Of a stretch of 64,000 nucleotides of DNA, positions 1 through 44,700 are shown one piece after another; position 1 is the stretch's first letter; the number at the start of each line of letters is the position of its first letter. The DNA comes from Eledone cirrhosa (lineage: Eukaryota). Where the stretch lies: assembly GCA_964016885.1 (NCBI GenBank), contig OZ024743.1, positions 58,342,001 through 58,406,000 on the forward strand, written 5' to 3'. Position numbers and translations under genes: made by a program. The notes beneath the pieces are model-generated. The model saw only the letters and a program-made list of their open reading frames with translations, was not told the DNA's origin and did not search any database.

Positions 1-11
1 ATATTTATATA

Positions 12-1910
12 AGGGATAACAAGTTATCGTTATAAGTGATCCACTTAGAGGTAGTCCGGTTAGAGTACTCCGTGTTGTGAATGGTTTTAACGTGCGGCTT
101 AGTTTGACTCAACAAGATGCTTCCATAGTGATGCAGCGAGTTCGCGGTAGTTTCTATGCAGGTTATACTTGGAGTAATAATAGTTAAAGAAAGAAGAGTA
201 ACATGGTTGGCTGTACATTAAGGGCTTTATTCAAATTGCTGACAATTGTTTCGTTGATCTGTTGCGTCTAGAGTTCGTTAATCGCTTGATGCTGCGTCAA
301 TCGATCTCCAATATGTTGTTTACAACCAGTCAACACATCAGAGCAAGTGGATATGAAAATAATACGCAAGTCATGGCTTTTATAGAAGTGTGGTGTTAAA
401 CCAAAACGATAACATCAGTAACAAAATAGCTATATAGCGAATAATTAAAACAATAACATCAATAATAAAACACGCATGGTAAATAAACAGAGATGATACA
501 GATGTATGACATGCGAAATCTAAGATAGGGTACATTAAAAGTAGATAAAGGAATAAAATAATAAAATGTACTTAGAGTCAGACTTTAGGGTCTCAACTGT
601 AAGTGCAATTATGAGAGATTTAGATACAAATGAACTGTGGGTCTGAAAAATGATCAACAATAAAACGGAGATTAATTTATGGTTTGACAGATAAATGATT
701 GTAGTAGATATTTCCTAGTGAGATTGATGGAGGGAGTGTATAGAGATGTATGGTTCTATGGTAGTTGGTATTAAATGAAATTGTTGATTCAGTATGTTAA
801 GGTTTAGGTGGTTTAGTCCAAATTTTGGGATTGCTGGTTCGAATCATGGAGGTATAAGTTTCGTAACATCAATAACAAAATAGCGTATAATTAAAACAAT
901 AACATCAATAATAAAACATGCATGGTAAATAGATAGAGAATATGGCGAATAAAATCAAGGATAGGGTACATTGAAATGATAATAATAATAAGAAAATAAG
1001 AGTTACAGGGGAGTATAAAAGTAATAAGATAATGTACTTAGAATTAAGTTCGTCTGTAAGTGTTCCTGGGTGCTAGTATGAGATATGTATATACAATTGT
1101 GTGGTCCGAAAGAATGAACAACAGTAAAGACGAGATTAATTTATGGGCTGACAAGATAATTGATAAATGTTTGTAGTAGACGATTGTTCCTGCTGTACTA
1201 TCTTGATGGTATTGATGGAAGGAGGTTGGAAGAGGTTTACAGAAATGTATGGTTCTGAAGTAGCTGTGTGATAGTGCGGATGTCATACGTTAAAGTCTAA
1301 GTGGTTTTCTATTAATTTTGGGAATGCTGGTTCGAATCACGGTGGTTTAAATTTCGTAAATCTAGTTGCAATCTTATGTCTGCAGAAAATGGACCTTTCT
1401 ATTTTGCTGTGAAGCAGCATCCTATCGTACCTTAAGATTTATCAATTATCAATTATCTTGTCAGCCCATAAATTAATCTCGTCTTTACTGTTGTTCATTC
1501 TTTCAGACCACACAATTGTATATACATATCTCATACTAGCACCCAGGAACACTTACTGACGAATTTCATTCTAAGTACATTATCTTATTACTTTTATACT
1601 TCCCTGTAACTCTTATTTTCTTCTTCTTATTATTATCATTTCAATGTACCCTATCCTTGATTTTATTCGCCATATTCTCTATCTATTTACCATGCATGTT
1701 TTATTATTGATGTTATTGTTTTAATTATATGCTATTTTGTTATTGATGTTACGAAACTTAAACCTCCATGATTCGAACCAGCAATCCCAAAATTTGGACT
1801 AAACCACCTAAACCTTAACATACTGAATCCACAATTTCACTTAATACCAACTACCATAGAACCATAAATCTCTATACACTACCTCCATCAATCTCACTAG
1901 GAAATATCTA
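12..1910 (-). mobile_element. Penelope-like element 3' remnant (end of GIY-YIG ORF plus pseudo-LTR) with an inverted pLTR copy
   Basis: The minus frame near 1340-1440 reads ILRYDRMLLHSKIERSIFCRHKIATRFTKFKPP*, resembling the C-termini of other PLE ORFs in the window. Inverted arms at ~705-1168 and ~1440-1910; hammerhead motif at 236-346. Confidence 0.7.
236..346 (-). ncRNA. Type I hammerhead ribozyme-like motif (U9 variant, long stem II insert)
   Basis: UUGCU-CUGAUGU-GUUGA...UCAAC-GAAA-C-AAUU-G-UC-AGCAA: 5-bp stem I, 5-bp stem II, minimal stem III with a palindromic loop. Confidence 0.7.
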
Positions 1911-2379
1911 AGCGAAAACTAACCAAACAGTGAGTGTGTTCTGTTATTAATTCTGCCAATATTATCACATCAAAATGACCCTCCCCAAGTATATATATAT
2001 ATATAAATAGATAGAGAGAGAGAGAGAGGGAGAAAGAGAGAGGGAGAATTGACACAGCTTCAGTCGTTTCCTCACTCACTCAATAATCTAATTACGTCAT
2101 ATTATTAAAATTCGAACCCCACTGATTAAGTGTACACATTCGTAATCAGTGAGGAATAAGACTTTGTGTGGATAGGAAATTTGAGATACCCGCACCGATA
2201 CATTGGTTTCTACGCTTCCAAACCGCTGGCGGTGATTTAAATGCAACCACCATGTGTAGAAAATTAGGTAATGTTATTGTGCATTGCGTAATTTGGCGGG
2301 AGAACAGCGTGCAAACCCACACTGACACCCACATATATGTGTGCGTGTATGTGCATGTATATATATATATATATATATG

Positions 2380-3205
2380 AATAAAGTTAGTCCTTCATCA
2401 GTGATCTTCCAACCATCATTGGTATTTCATCGCTTTAAAGACCATATACTTCTGGTTGGTGCGAGCAACGGCTAAAAAAAGTCGTTGGGAGACGTACATA
2501 AAGGGGACACGAGAGTGTAAACAAACAAAGATGGTGAAGCAACGAAAAGTGAGGAAGAAGGAGTCAAGTCCCAAATTTCCATGAATATAAATTCGGTGAA
2601 ATCGTGAACGAGAGAGAATAAAGACCATTAAACCTGGTTGTAATGTGAGCAAGGAAGGAATTCTGTACAGGTCTAACGGGAGGAAGAAGGGATCTAGTCT
2701 GTGATTTCGGTGAACGTAAGTTCTGTGAAATCGTAGACGAGAGAGAGAAAAAAAGCGACCTGCCTGACCAAGGGCGCGAAAGAAAAGAATTACGCACAGG
2801 TCAAACGGGAAGAAGGAGGAGGAGGAGAGGTAGTAACAGAGAGTGAGTGAGTGAAGGGTGAGGAAGAGGCTAACAGAGAGAGAGTGACTGTTAGAGAGGG
2901 TAAAGATACAGAGAAAGAGGAAGCAGTAAGAACGAAATAGACGGGTCACAGCGGGGGAAAAGATATGTGTAAATATGAGAATAAACGTGCTGCGTGGTTG
3001 CTAATGGGTTACATATGAATAAAGTTAGTCCTTCATCAGTGATCTTCCAACCATCATTGGTATTTCATCGCTTTAAAGACCATATACCTCCGGTTGGTGC
3101 GAGCAACGGCTAAAAAAAGTTGTTGGGACACGTAAATAAAGAGGACACGAGACTGTAAACAAAGATGGTGAAGCAACGAAAAGTGAGGAAGAAGGAGTCA
3201 AGTCC

Positions 3206-3209
<4 letters not shown>
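2380..3209. mobile_element. (TA)n-flanked element with ~190-bp terminal direct repeats (probable PLE pLTR partial tandem)
   Basis: ~2380-2572 is repeated at ~3018-3209 with few mismatches; (TA)n on both sides. Confidence 0.55.
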
Positions 3210-3277
<68 letters not shown>

Positions 3278-3281
3278 GTGA

Positions 3282-3316
<35 letters not shown>

Positions 3317-3458
3317 CAGTACATACGTATAAATCCGATTGCTGAAATAAAATTTAGTCAGACTGTTAGTACTCTCTTACTTTGTTACATTAATAAAGAA
3401 AGGCATGTGAGATGAACACACGTGTCACAATCTTAAATCTATTATCATTATTTAATTA

Positions 3459-3646
3459 AAGGCGGTGGATAGGCAGTATCGGTAGAGGGTCGGACGCCAT
3501 GCTTTGACGCATAGAGTTACGGCCCTTGCCATTCTGAGTTCAAATCCCGCCGAGGTTAACTTTGCCTTTCATCCTTACGGGGTCGATAAAATAAAGTACC
3601 AGTAATGCACTGGGTAATGGCTGGCCTTGTGCCAAAAGTAGAAACA
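3459..3646 (+). mobile_element. tRNA-derived SINE with Nin-like core, full length
   Basis: B-box-like GAGTTCAAATCC; core GCCTTTCATCCTTACGGGGTCGATAAAATAAAGTACC; 12-bp TSD ATTATTTAATTA (3447-3458 and 3647-3658). Confidence 0.85.
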
Positions 3647-3706
3647 ATTATTTAATTATTGAATTCTACAAATCTCTTTAAAATGTATAAATTATTTATG
3701 TCCTAC

Positions 3707-35866
<32,160 letters not shown>

Positions 35867-36244
35867 GCCTTATCGAAATGTGATTTTATATCATATACGT
35901 TTTTAGATCTTGTCATTATATAACATTTATCGCTGTGTCTATTGCTATATTTTTAATAACGTCATAATTGAATTATTTTGAATTATTAGTTAATTACGTA
36001 AAAATTGAATTATTATTTCCTTTGGTATTTTCGATTTTCACTATTTCATTTCATAAATAATAATTTTCTTACGTAACAATATTTACATTGATGCTTTTCG
36101 ATCTTGAGACACGTCACGTGTTGTAATCTGTGTTTTTATGCAACAGAGTTATTGCATTTTCCTGTTAAATCTCGTGGACATGATCGGAAAATTGTGTTAC
36201 TACAAGAAACCTTCGTTTGTTTACTAGTAATATAGAGGAATACC

Positions 36245-36550
36245 CGAAGGCGTGTGGATTAGTGATAAGGTTGCTGAGCACATGATCGTAATATCATTTG
36301 CTCGATTCCAAGCCCAGGCGGCGTGTTATGTCCTAGAGTAAAACATTTCATTTCAGATGGTTCCAATCCACTGAGTTGGAATATATGAGTTGCGACAACA
36401 CATGTGCCAACCTGTATTGGCTTTTGCCTTTCTCTTGGACATTGCTGGTGTCGTGACGAGTGGAGACTTGCATGCATGGGCGACTGCTGGTCTTCCACAA
36501 AACACACTTGCCTGACGTGTACCTCGATGAGGCAAACCCTTGATCATTAT
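36245..36550 (+). mobile_element. Old tRNA-derived SINE (second family; similar degenerate copies at ~35240-35560, ~43500-43710 and ~60920-61160)
   Basis: GGCGTGTGGATTAGTG A-box-like start and GCTCGATTCC B-box-like motif followed by GTCCT.GAG.AAAACA.TT. Confidence 0.5.
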
Positions 36551-38239
36551 GGATCAGAATTTAAAATGTTGTCATCTCATTAGTTTCGAAACGTTGTGTT
36601 ATCAAAATTCTATAATGGAAACATTTCAAGAAATCCTCGTTGCTGCTGGTGTATTTCATCAAATCTCTAGGAAAAATGTAACGATCTGATTGTTTTACAA
36701 AGACTGGGAGAATTGGCTGGAGATAAAGAATAATACTAAAATGAATTGGGAAGCAAATCTCCTCCGTCAGATGACCGTAATCACTGTGTTACAATCCATT
36801 CCATTGGGAAGGTGAAGTATTCACGATGCCTTGATTTCATCATACATTTTTCTAGTGCAAATATAGATATAGTCTCTCTCTCCCCACCTCTCTTGCTATG
36901 CATTCTTGTTTAATATACTTCTCTTTCTCACTCTCTTTTTCTTCAGACGTTCTCCTGGTCTCATGCTCTGTATCTACAGCTATGATGTACTCGTTCGTTT
37001 TTACCTCCTCTCCCTTTCTCTCACTCAATAATTTAGAAAATGTTCTACAGTTGTCATTAAAACCGGCATGAAGGTGACATACAGCGCATCGTAAGGAGAA
37101 ATTGGGGTGGAGTGGTGAAATAGTTAGTCGTACACCAGAAGTAATGTCATCATAAATAAAATGGAAAATATGTATGAGCGATGAAATTGATGCTGTCATT
37201 GTTGTTGTTCTGACGGTAGTGGTGGCGGTGATATGTTGTATGTTGATGTGTTTGTGTTGTGGCGGTGTTGATGTAGTGGAGGTATTGGTGTGGTGGTTAT
37301 GTTGTGATGGCTGTGTTTATGTGATGGTGCTGGTGGTTTGATGGTGATGGTGCATTGTGTGTTGATGCATTAGTAGGGTGGAGCGGTAGAGGTGGTAGTC
37401 GCGGTGGTATATATTTCATTATATGTTGGTGCGGTAGTAAGTGGTCGTGTGTTATATATAATTGTTTGCTAGATCAGGAGGCAAGGTCTATGTCCACGAA
37501 TTTTTACCAAGACCCCTGAGACTAAGTTGTTATGTCGACTTCTGCGTGAAAGGCATGTGCAGGGAACAATATCCAGAAGGACTGTGTGTATTGGCTACTG
37601 TAGGGCCTGGGAAGTTGAACACAATATGGATAAGAGGAGGAGAGACAAGTAAGGCAGTAGGTTCTAAGAGAAAGTGTTATGTGGCCATATACCTTCGAGG
37701 AATAGATGCCATTATAGAAGCGGTATAAATGTAAGCAAGAGGCGAGAGCGTTTCTGTCAGTGAGTGGACATTTTCTAGATATGGTCTAGTATGTATGTAT
37801 ATATGTTAGTAGCATTGTACCAGGTGAAGGAGCACTACTTCATTATATGTTTTACCTGAACATTGTAGAGGGTTAGAAGTTGTTGAGAGTTGAACTATTT
37901 TCTGAATCTGAACAGAAGGGACAGTCAGCTAGACACAGTTCTAGGTATGTTTTGGATGTGTGTTCGCTATGGGAGAACCTCGTTGAAGCCAAATATTTGG
38001 AGCAAACACAAGGACTCTCTAATTGACTAAATTTCATGATTCAGGATGGTGAGAAGCACAATCAATAAAACAAGTGAACAATAACAATAAAAGTAAATCA
38101 TATTTTTCACTGATTTGTTTCCGACAGGATGGCGGTCATCAAGGAGCTACGACTATCATATTGATGCCCGTAATTTTTCAGTTGATTACTTACCAACTTT
38201 TTAAAAATTACATTATAGAAACATTTAAATAGATATAAT

Positions 38240-38430
38240 TGTTTCTACTTTTGGCACAAGGCCAGCAATTATACCAGTGTATTACTGGTATTTTATTTTA
38301 TCGACCCCGTAAGGATGAAAGGCAAACTTCACCTCGGCGGGATTTGAACTCAGAATGGAAAGGGCCGTAACTCTATGCTGCAAAGCATGGCGTCAGACCC
38401 TCTAACGATTCTACCAAGTCACCGCCCTCA
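38240..38430 (-). mobile_element. tRNA/Nin-type SINE ~100 nt downstream of the copy A stop
   Basis: Reverse complement of the 3459 family; flanking repeat ATTTAAATAGATATAAT on both sides. Confidence 0.85.
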
Positions 38431-38510
38431 TTCCGCTATCTATTTAAATAGATATAATAACTCATTATCAACAAAAAATAATTCGGAATAATCTAGTGAT
38501 TCGAAATTAA

Positions 38511-38516
38511 TTTATT
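38511..38516 (-). terminator. Candidate polyadenylation signal AATAAA of copy A
   Basis: tttatt on the + strand about 20 nt past the stop codon; AT-rich context makes a chance match possible. Confidence 0.4.
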
Positions 38517-38535
38517 CACATATGGAATTTAGATA

Positions 38536-38742
38536 TTAGACAGCAACAGACGTGTGGTTCAGCACATTAGCAGCAAATTTTCCGATTGCTTCATAACAAT
38601 GTTGTATGTCTTCCAAAGTCGTACGAAATCCATTAACAGAAAACCGAAGAAACATGATATCATCCATGTTTGAATAATCCATATAAATTTCTCTGCTAGC
38701 GTTTATCACTTCCAATAATGTTTTGTTGAGTGCATTGCTTCC
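38536..38742 (-). CDS. DDC-like: DDC-like A exon 12 ([20 protein letters not shown]...FLRFSV...HTSVAV*)
   Basis: aatag| acceptor; TAA stop at 38538-38536; 207 nt. Confidence 0.93.
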   Translation of the reverse strand, partial: GSNALNKTLLEVINASREIYMDYSNMDDIMFLRFSVNGFRTTLEDIQHCYEAIGKFAANVLNHTSVAV

Positions 38743-41700
38743 CTATTAAAGATATAGGTAATAAAACTTAGTTTATGAGGTTCAACAAAGAAACTAAGTA
38801 TGAATGGTTTATAATTTAGGCACAACGCGAACAATTTTGATTAGCGGATTTCATAACTCCAGTGCTTCACTGTATGGGTACTAAACATGGAGTGATGGAG
38901 TGAGAAGATCAACTAAGAGAACCAATTAGATGCTTTTGATACCAAATGCCTACGGAAATTCCTTGGCATCAGCTGGGATGTCTTCATTACCAACAAAGAA
39001 GACCATCAACGAACCCACCAACATCATGTGCAAGATTTGACTTGGCTGGTTGGGACATTCCACACGACTCCTAAGTGGGAAACATGCTAATCAAGTCCTG
39101 TATTGGTATCCCCATGGAAGAGACGGAGAGAACGTCTCAAGATGAACTGGTGGTAGACAATCGACAGAGACCTGAAGCCCGTCAAAAATTGTTGGAACGA
39201 TGTATTAATAAATGCAGCTGACCATGACCATTGGAGCACTTTGGCTGCCACATATGTCTCTAGACGCAGGAGCATCCAAATCTAAGTAAGTGCTTGGTGT
39301 GTACAATATTTACTTGCTCAGAAGAATGAAAACAAGTTTAACCTCATAATGTATAGAACCGGAACATATACCGCAGATCATTTTGTGCGACACTATCAAT
39401 TATGTTTTAAATTCAGGCACGAGATCAGTCCTTTTAGAAGAAGGAGAATGCTGATTATATCAATCGCAGTACTTGATAGGTACTCTATTTTATTGACCTC
39501 AGTGGGATTTGAACTCCGAACGTAGGAAGTCGTAACTAAATGCCTCAAGGCAATTTGTCCGACACTCTACTAATACTGCCAAAACCCTAAAAAAACTAAA
39601 TATTAATATAAAACTATTATATAATATCTTTACATTGTTACGAAGTCAAATATTTTAATGGAGCATACATTATTGCAGTTGCTCCACAATGATTGAAATG
39701 AAAATATCAATTTTGGTGAGATTTGAATTCAGAACTAAATGGGATATCAATCGTTTAAACTCGCTTGTCAGTATTCCACATAAAAGCAAAACCAAACAAA
39801 CACGTTTTCTTACTTCCTTTAAAATTAGCAACGACTATATTTTAGAGAGCTCCATAAAGCACGAGCATTCATAACAAGCAATTTTAGTCTATCTACTTTC
39901 CCCTCTCTGTCTTGAAATATGCCATATATCTTGTTCTTTCTGCCTTGACTAAACAGCAAAACAAAAAAAAGAAACAATAATAATTGTTTTTATAATAGAT
40001 ACACATCTACACATCTGAGGAGAAACGAATATTTGATTGTAATTCATCCAGACGACTGAAGGATGAAAAGCAATGTAAACCTCGCTAGGATTCAAACTCA
40101 GAATCTAAGCCGTCACCAAATCCCGCACGACATTTGATCCGGTGCATGAAATATTCTACCAAACGTACTGGGGAATGATTGGTGTATCTAAATGAAACAC
40201 TAAAACATGTAATTTCAAAAAAGAACAAAGTGAAGAAATATATAAAATAACCAAATACTTACTTTTAATCGAAAACATACAAGTGTCATTACATTCTTAC
40301 CAATCAGCTCAAATCTGTCATCTTTTTTTATCAGTTGTTTAAAACAGTTAGCCAATTTTATGTCCTGGCATCGAAGAATAAATATAAGAGAAAAAACGAA
40401 AGATGTATGGACATCCATGAATAATATTAAAAGAAAATATCTCCATTGGCAGTATAGAAAATCTAATACATTCAATTCTGAGTGAGAGGTATCTTTGTAT
40501 ATATCTTTGTGTCATCACTTTGGGAATTCTGGTATAACATCTTGCTATCTTTTTAAAAATCGCTATTTCTCTTGACAGTATTTGAAATAAGTAACTTTAT
40601 TTATATTGAGAAATTAAAAAACATGTATATACATTAATTATACATTAAGTCTTTAACTTTGTTCTAGTAGTTACCACTATATTGCAGAAATGCTAGTAAT
40701 AGGTTAGATATTATGTGCTTATCACAGATATATAAATTTACCAACAGATAGAGAACTTTTACTTTGCATCACATTCCATTATGAAGCCTTCTATCCCATA
40801 TGTTCATGTTTTCCATACTTGAATTTGAATTGTTTCTAGTATCACAACATTTTTGTTTCTTATAAATTCAGAGCTTTAAAGCGTTATACACTGATATGTA
40901 GATGGCATCCTTGTTCTCTCTAGTATACCATTATAACATAGGAATAATATATACTATTTAATGATGTTTAGGGAAATGTTACTCTTGTAACGAAATTTTG
41001 CCGAGTAGCGGTATATTTGACACACATTTGCTGCCATAATGCCGATATATCTGTAATATTTCTTTGGAGTTGTGACATAAGTAATAAATTTAAGATTATG
41101 GAGCAATAACACCTCTTAGAAATACAGGCATATTTGGGGTTATGCTAAAAAGAGTATATAGTTTATGATTAATAGCAAGTTTTAAGGAATAAAATGTAGC
41201 TCACATTTCTGACGATTTCTTGGAGTCTTTTAATTCCAAAGAGTCGTAAAACAAACCAAAGTTTGAGAGAACGAAATGGACGTCCACATTGAATTTGCCA
41301 GTTCTAAAATACATATGAAATATCATTGTAAATGCTTAAATAACGATATTATATAGGACATCAGTATGAGAATCTCCAGTATATCTTTAAATAAGGAAAC
41401 ACTGACTAGAGCTGCAAACCTTTATAGCAAAGTATGGGCCAACAGCGAATGTAATTGATAAAAAAAACTAAATTTAAACCAAGTCTTCATTAAATAAAAA
41501 CAAAATCTATAATCATGTCATATGGTTAAGTGATTCATTTAGCGTCTACGTGAAAGGTTCTGTGATGGTATACGATCGACCGACAGTTTCATAATACCTT
41601 GAAATCCTTATATCAATGCCCTAGTATGTGTTCAAATAAATGGTGTTAAGTCTAAACCATTCAATGTGGGTGTCGAATTAACAAAGTGTGCGTATTGTCA

Positions 41701-44700
41701 CCTCTCCAGTTCATTGTCTTCATGAACAGGATTGATATGTGCAGCCGGGTTGGAGTCGTATCAAGCCGACAGGTGTAGAATCACTCGGCTGATATTAGCT
41801 GACTTAACTCAGGAAAACCTAATTGCTCCACCATCCGGTATAGCTTGTGATTTCTCCACCGACAGGAGCAGAAACCTCTAAATAACAGATTGCTCTAAGG
41901 TGGTCAAAGTATAACTAATACATTAAATATTTATTCTATTTAGGGTATTGAATTATTGTTTATTTTGTTCAAAGAATTACCTTTCGTGTAATGATACTTG
42001 TGAACATTAATAGCAATGTATGTATATATGTATGTTTTTCAGGTTTTATTAATTCTAACATTTTCACCAAAAGATATAGAGAGTCGGTTTCTAAAACAGA
42101 ATCAAGATTATTTCATTGAATTTTAGACAGCATCAACTAGGTAACTATGAATGCATAGTGGTATGTTTTTGAGAGTGGGTGTGCAGGTATGCATGTTATT
42201 GCTCGTGTATTACGTTGTGAGTTGTATGTGGACATATACATGTTTCTATATCTATGTGTATATGCAGTAATTAAATGCTAAATGCTTGGAATGTTTCATA
42301 TATTTTCATAGTTTCTTTAATGGACTGTACCTATGATACAAGGTCATATTATGGTGCGTTCATTCCGATACTGTGAATCCCAGTTTATCACATATTGATC
42401 CGAGGCAAGAAGTAAAATATCCAAGAGCACCAATGACTAAAGGTACAAATCTGAAGGTATAGTGGAAGTACAGTATCTTCAGAAATTCTCATTAGTTTGA
42501 CATCAATATTATCCTTTCCTTTCTGCTGTGCTGCCAAAATAGCTGCTGAGCATATTTCAACTACTGTACATGCAGAATTTTTCTTTGTCCTATATCAGTA
42601 TGTATGGTATGTTCTGTTTCTATTATATTAAGCTTTCATTGGGACGTTCCCCCAATTCTTATTATATGACCGTATGTCCTCCATGTTGTTTTAATGTTTT
42701 ATTTATTATCAGGTCTAACCTTTCTACGGGTTTCATTGTATAGTGTGTTGGGTGCTATAACTTGCCTAATAGGTAGATAGTGTCGTGACGACATCTTCGA
42801 ATAGCTGCTTATGATGTAGACAATATATGCAATGTTTATCCTACTGAGACTGCATCTGTTGTCACATTTAGGTGTCTTTTCTGTATTCCCATCTCGATTG
42901 CAAAAGCACATCCCGCAAACTGAGAGCTAATATATCGAGGAAGGGGTAAAGAAGGGCAGTTATGGCTGTATAGGAAAGTAGAAAAAAGGACTATGAATGC
43001 TATAAATGAGAGGACAAGGAGGGAAAGAGCAAGGACTATTAGGCCCCGGAATAAAGATAGGACGAAGAGGAACGAATAACGGTCAGCGTTGTCTTGACTG
43101 GGCCCCTCCCCCGGACAAAACTGCGAAGTCATTTCCGCGAATAATGGTCAACGACACCCGCTGCAACATCGCAGGTTACACCATTTTAACATAGAGAAAC
43201 CAACGGATGTTCAATAAAAACAACATTGAAATATTTATCAGTAGAACGACATAAGTCTTAAATACAAATATAAAGCGCAGGATTTTATAGTGAAAATAGG
43301 AAATTATCTTACCGTATAGTTCGGCATTCCTGCCATACTTGGACAATGCAAATATGTAGGTGACACACCGCAATATTCAACAATATCGCTGCTATGTTTT
43401 AACCTAAATAAAGTTTAAAAAAAAACTATTTATCGTGTGGAAAATTATACATTATTATTGTTGTTGTATTTGCTCCGCCAATAATCGAACGATTGACAAG
43501 TTTCAGGACTTCATTCGCTTACCGAGTGGGGTGGAACTCGTTCAATCGCAGCAACAAACAGTGATTCCATTGATCTTCCCATTGCTGTTGCTATGTCTTT
43601 GTCGCAACTCCTAGCAGAAAGAACAACGTGAAATAAAGTGTCATGCTGAAAGTCATAATGCATCACGCAGTCCGGGAAACGAACTCACATCGTCACGATA
43701 GCGAGTCCAATTCTCTTGTGTTGCTGTGTTGGTAACCGGAAGAGGAGGTCTACGATGATGTAGAAATTTGGAGCGTTAACACTGTGGTCATAGAATGTGG
43801 CAAATAGATTCATTAACGCTGTATCATTTATAACGTGGAATAAGTCACAAAATGAAACATCTCTGCGAGTTCGTATCGTTTACACTTCAGGTTTTCTTGG
43901 GAACCATGTCAAATTGTCACTGATATATGTTTGGACAATGAGAAATGTGATTCAGTAAGTGTAATCGAGTATTACGTACCATATTATAGCACAACTTGAA
44001 GGTATGTGCAGCCATTTATGGGGACTGACACAAACGGATTCCGCATACTGCAAAATATGAATTGTATATTTGAATGTAAATTACGATAATCATTTTAATA
44101 TTATCTGAAAATACGAGTATTTCGTTTAGCAGGTTTAATCGCAAGATTAAATTTAAACGACGCTAATTCGCTGAGACACAGAGATATATCTCTTTATATT
44201 CGGAGGTATTGTTGATTACAGTGGTATAAATTTAAGATAGCTGAGGTCTACAGTGCATTTATATTATCTAGCTAAATACCTCATTAAAATAAGATTTAGT
44301 CAGGCCGTAAGTTCAGTTGTATATTCTTAATTTATTACACTATTAGAGACAAGAATGCGTGGTGACTTGATAGGTCGGTCTATCAATTCTAGAGTCATAC
44401 ATAAATTATTGATTTCTATATATCTGTTTAACCTGTATTAATTTCTGAAATCCTGCCGAGGTTAACTTTGCCTTTCATCCTTTCGGGGTCGATAAAATAA
44501 AGTACCAGTAATGTACTGGGTAATTGCTGGCCTTGTGTCAAAAGTAGAAAAAATTAATTTCTTTTGACTTACACTCGCACCCTTCAGTAGATGGCGGTAT
44601 TCAGGACATATAAAGGCATTTCCCACAAATGAAGCGTCGATATGCATCCAGATACCTTCATTAACACCTGTAATAAATAATGTATGTTTATGATATAGAC

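Noticed and set aside
3459-3560. tRNA genes at GAGTTCAAATCC motifs
   Set aside because: These are SINE heads followed by a shared body and TSDs, with no full cloverleaf.
1-3706. Copy B as a truncated pseudogene
   Set aside because: No PHKW exon was found here, but exons 1-7 are intact with canonical splice sites and the window edge explains the absence.
41205-41303. Copy A as histidine or tyrosine decarboxylase
   Set aside because: It has Gly rather than Ser at the 354-equivalent position and no C-terminal extension (481 aa). Orthology is still unresolved without a tree.
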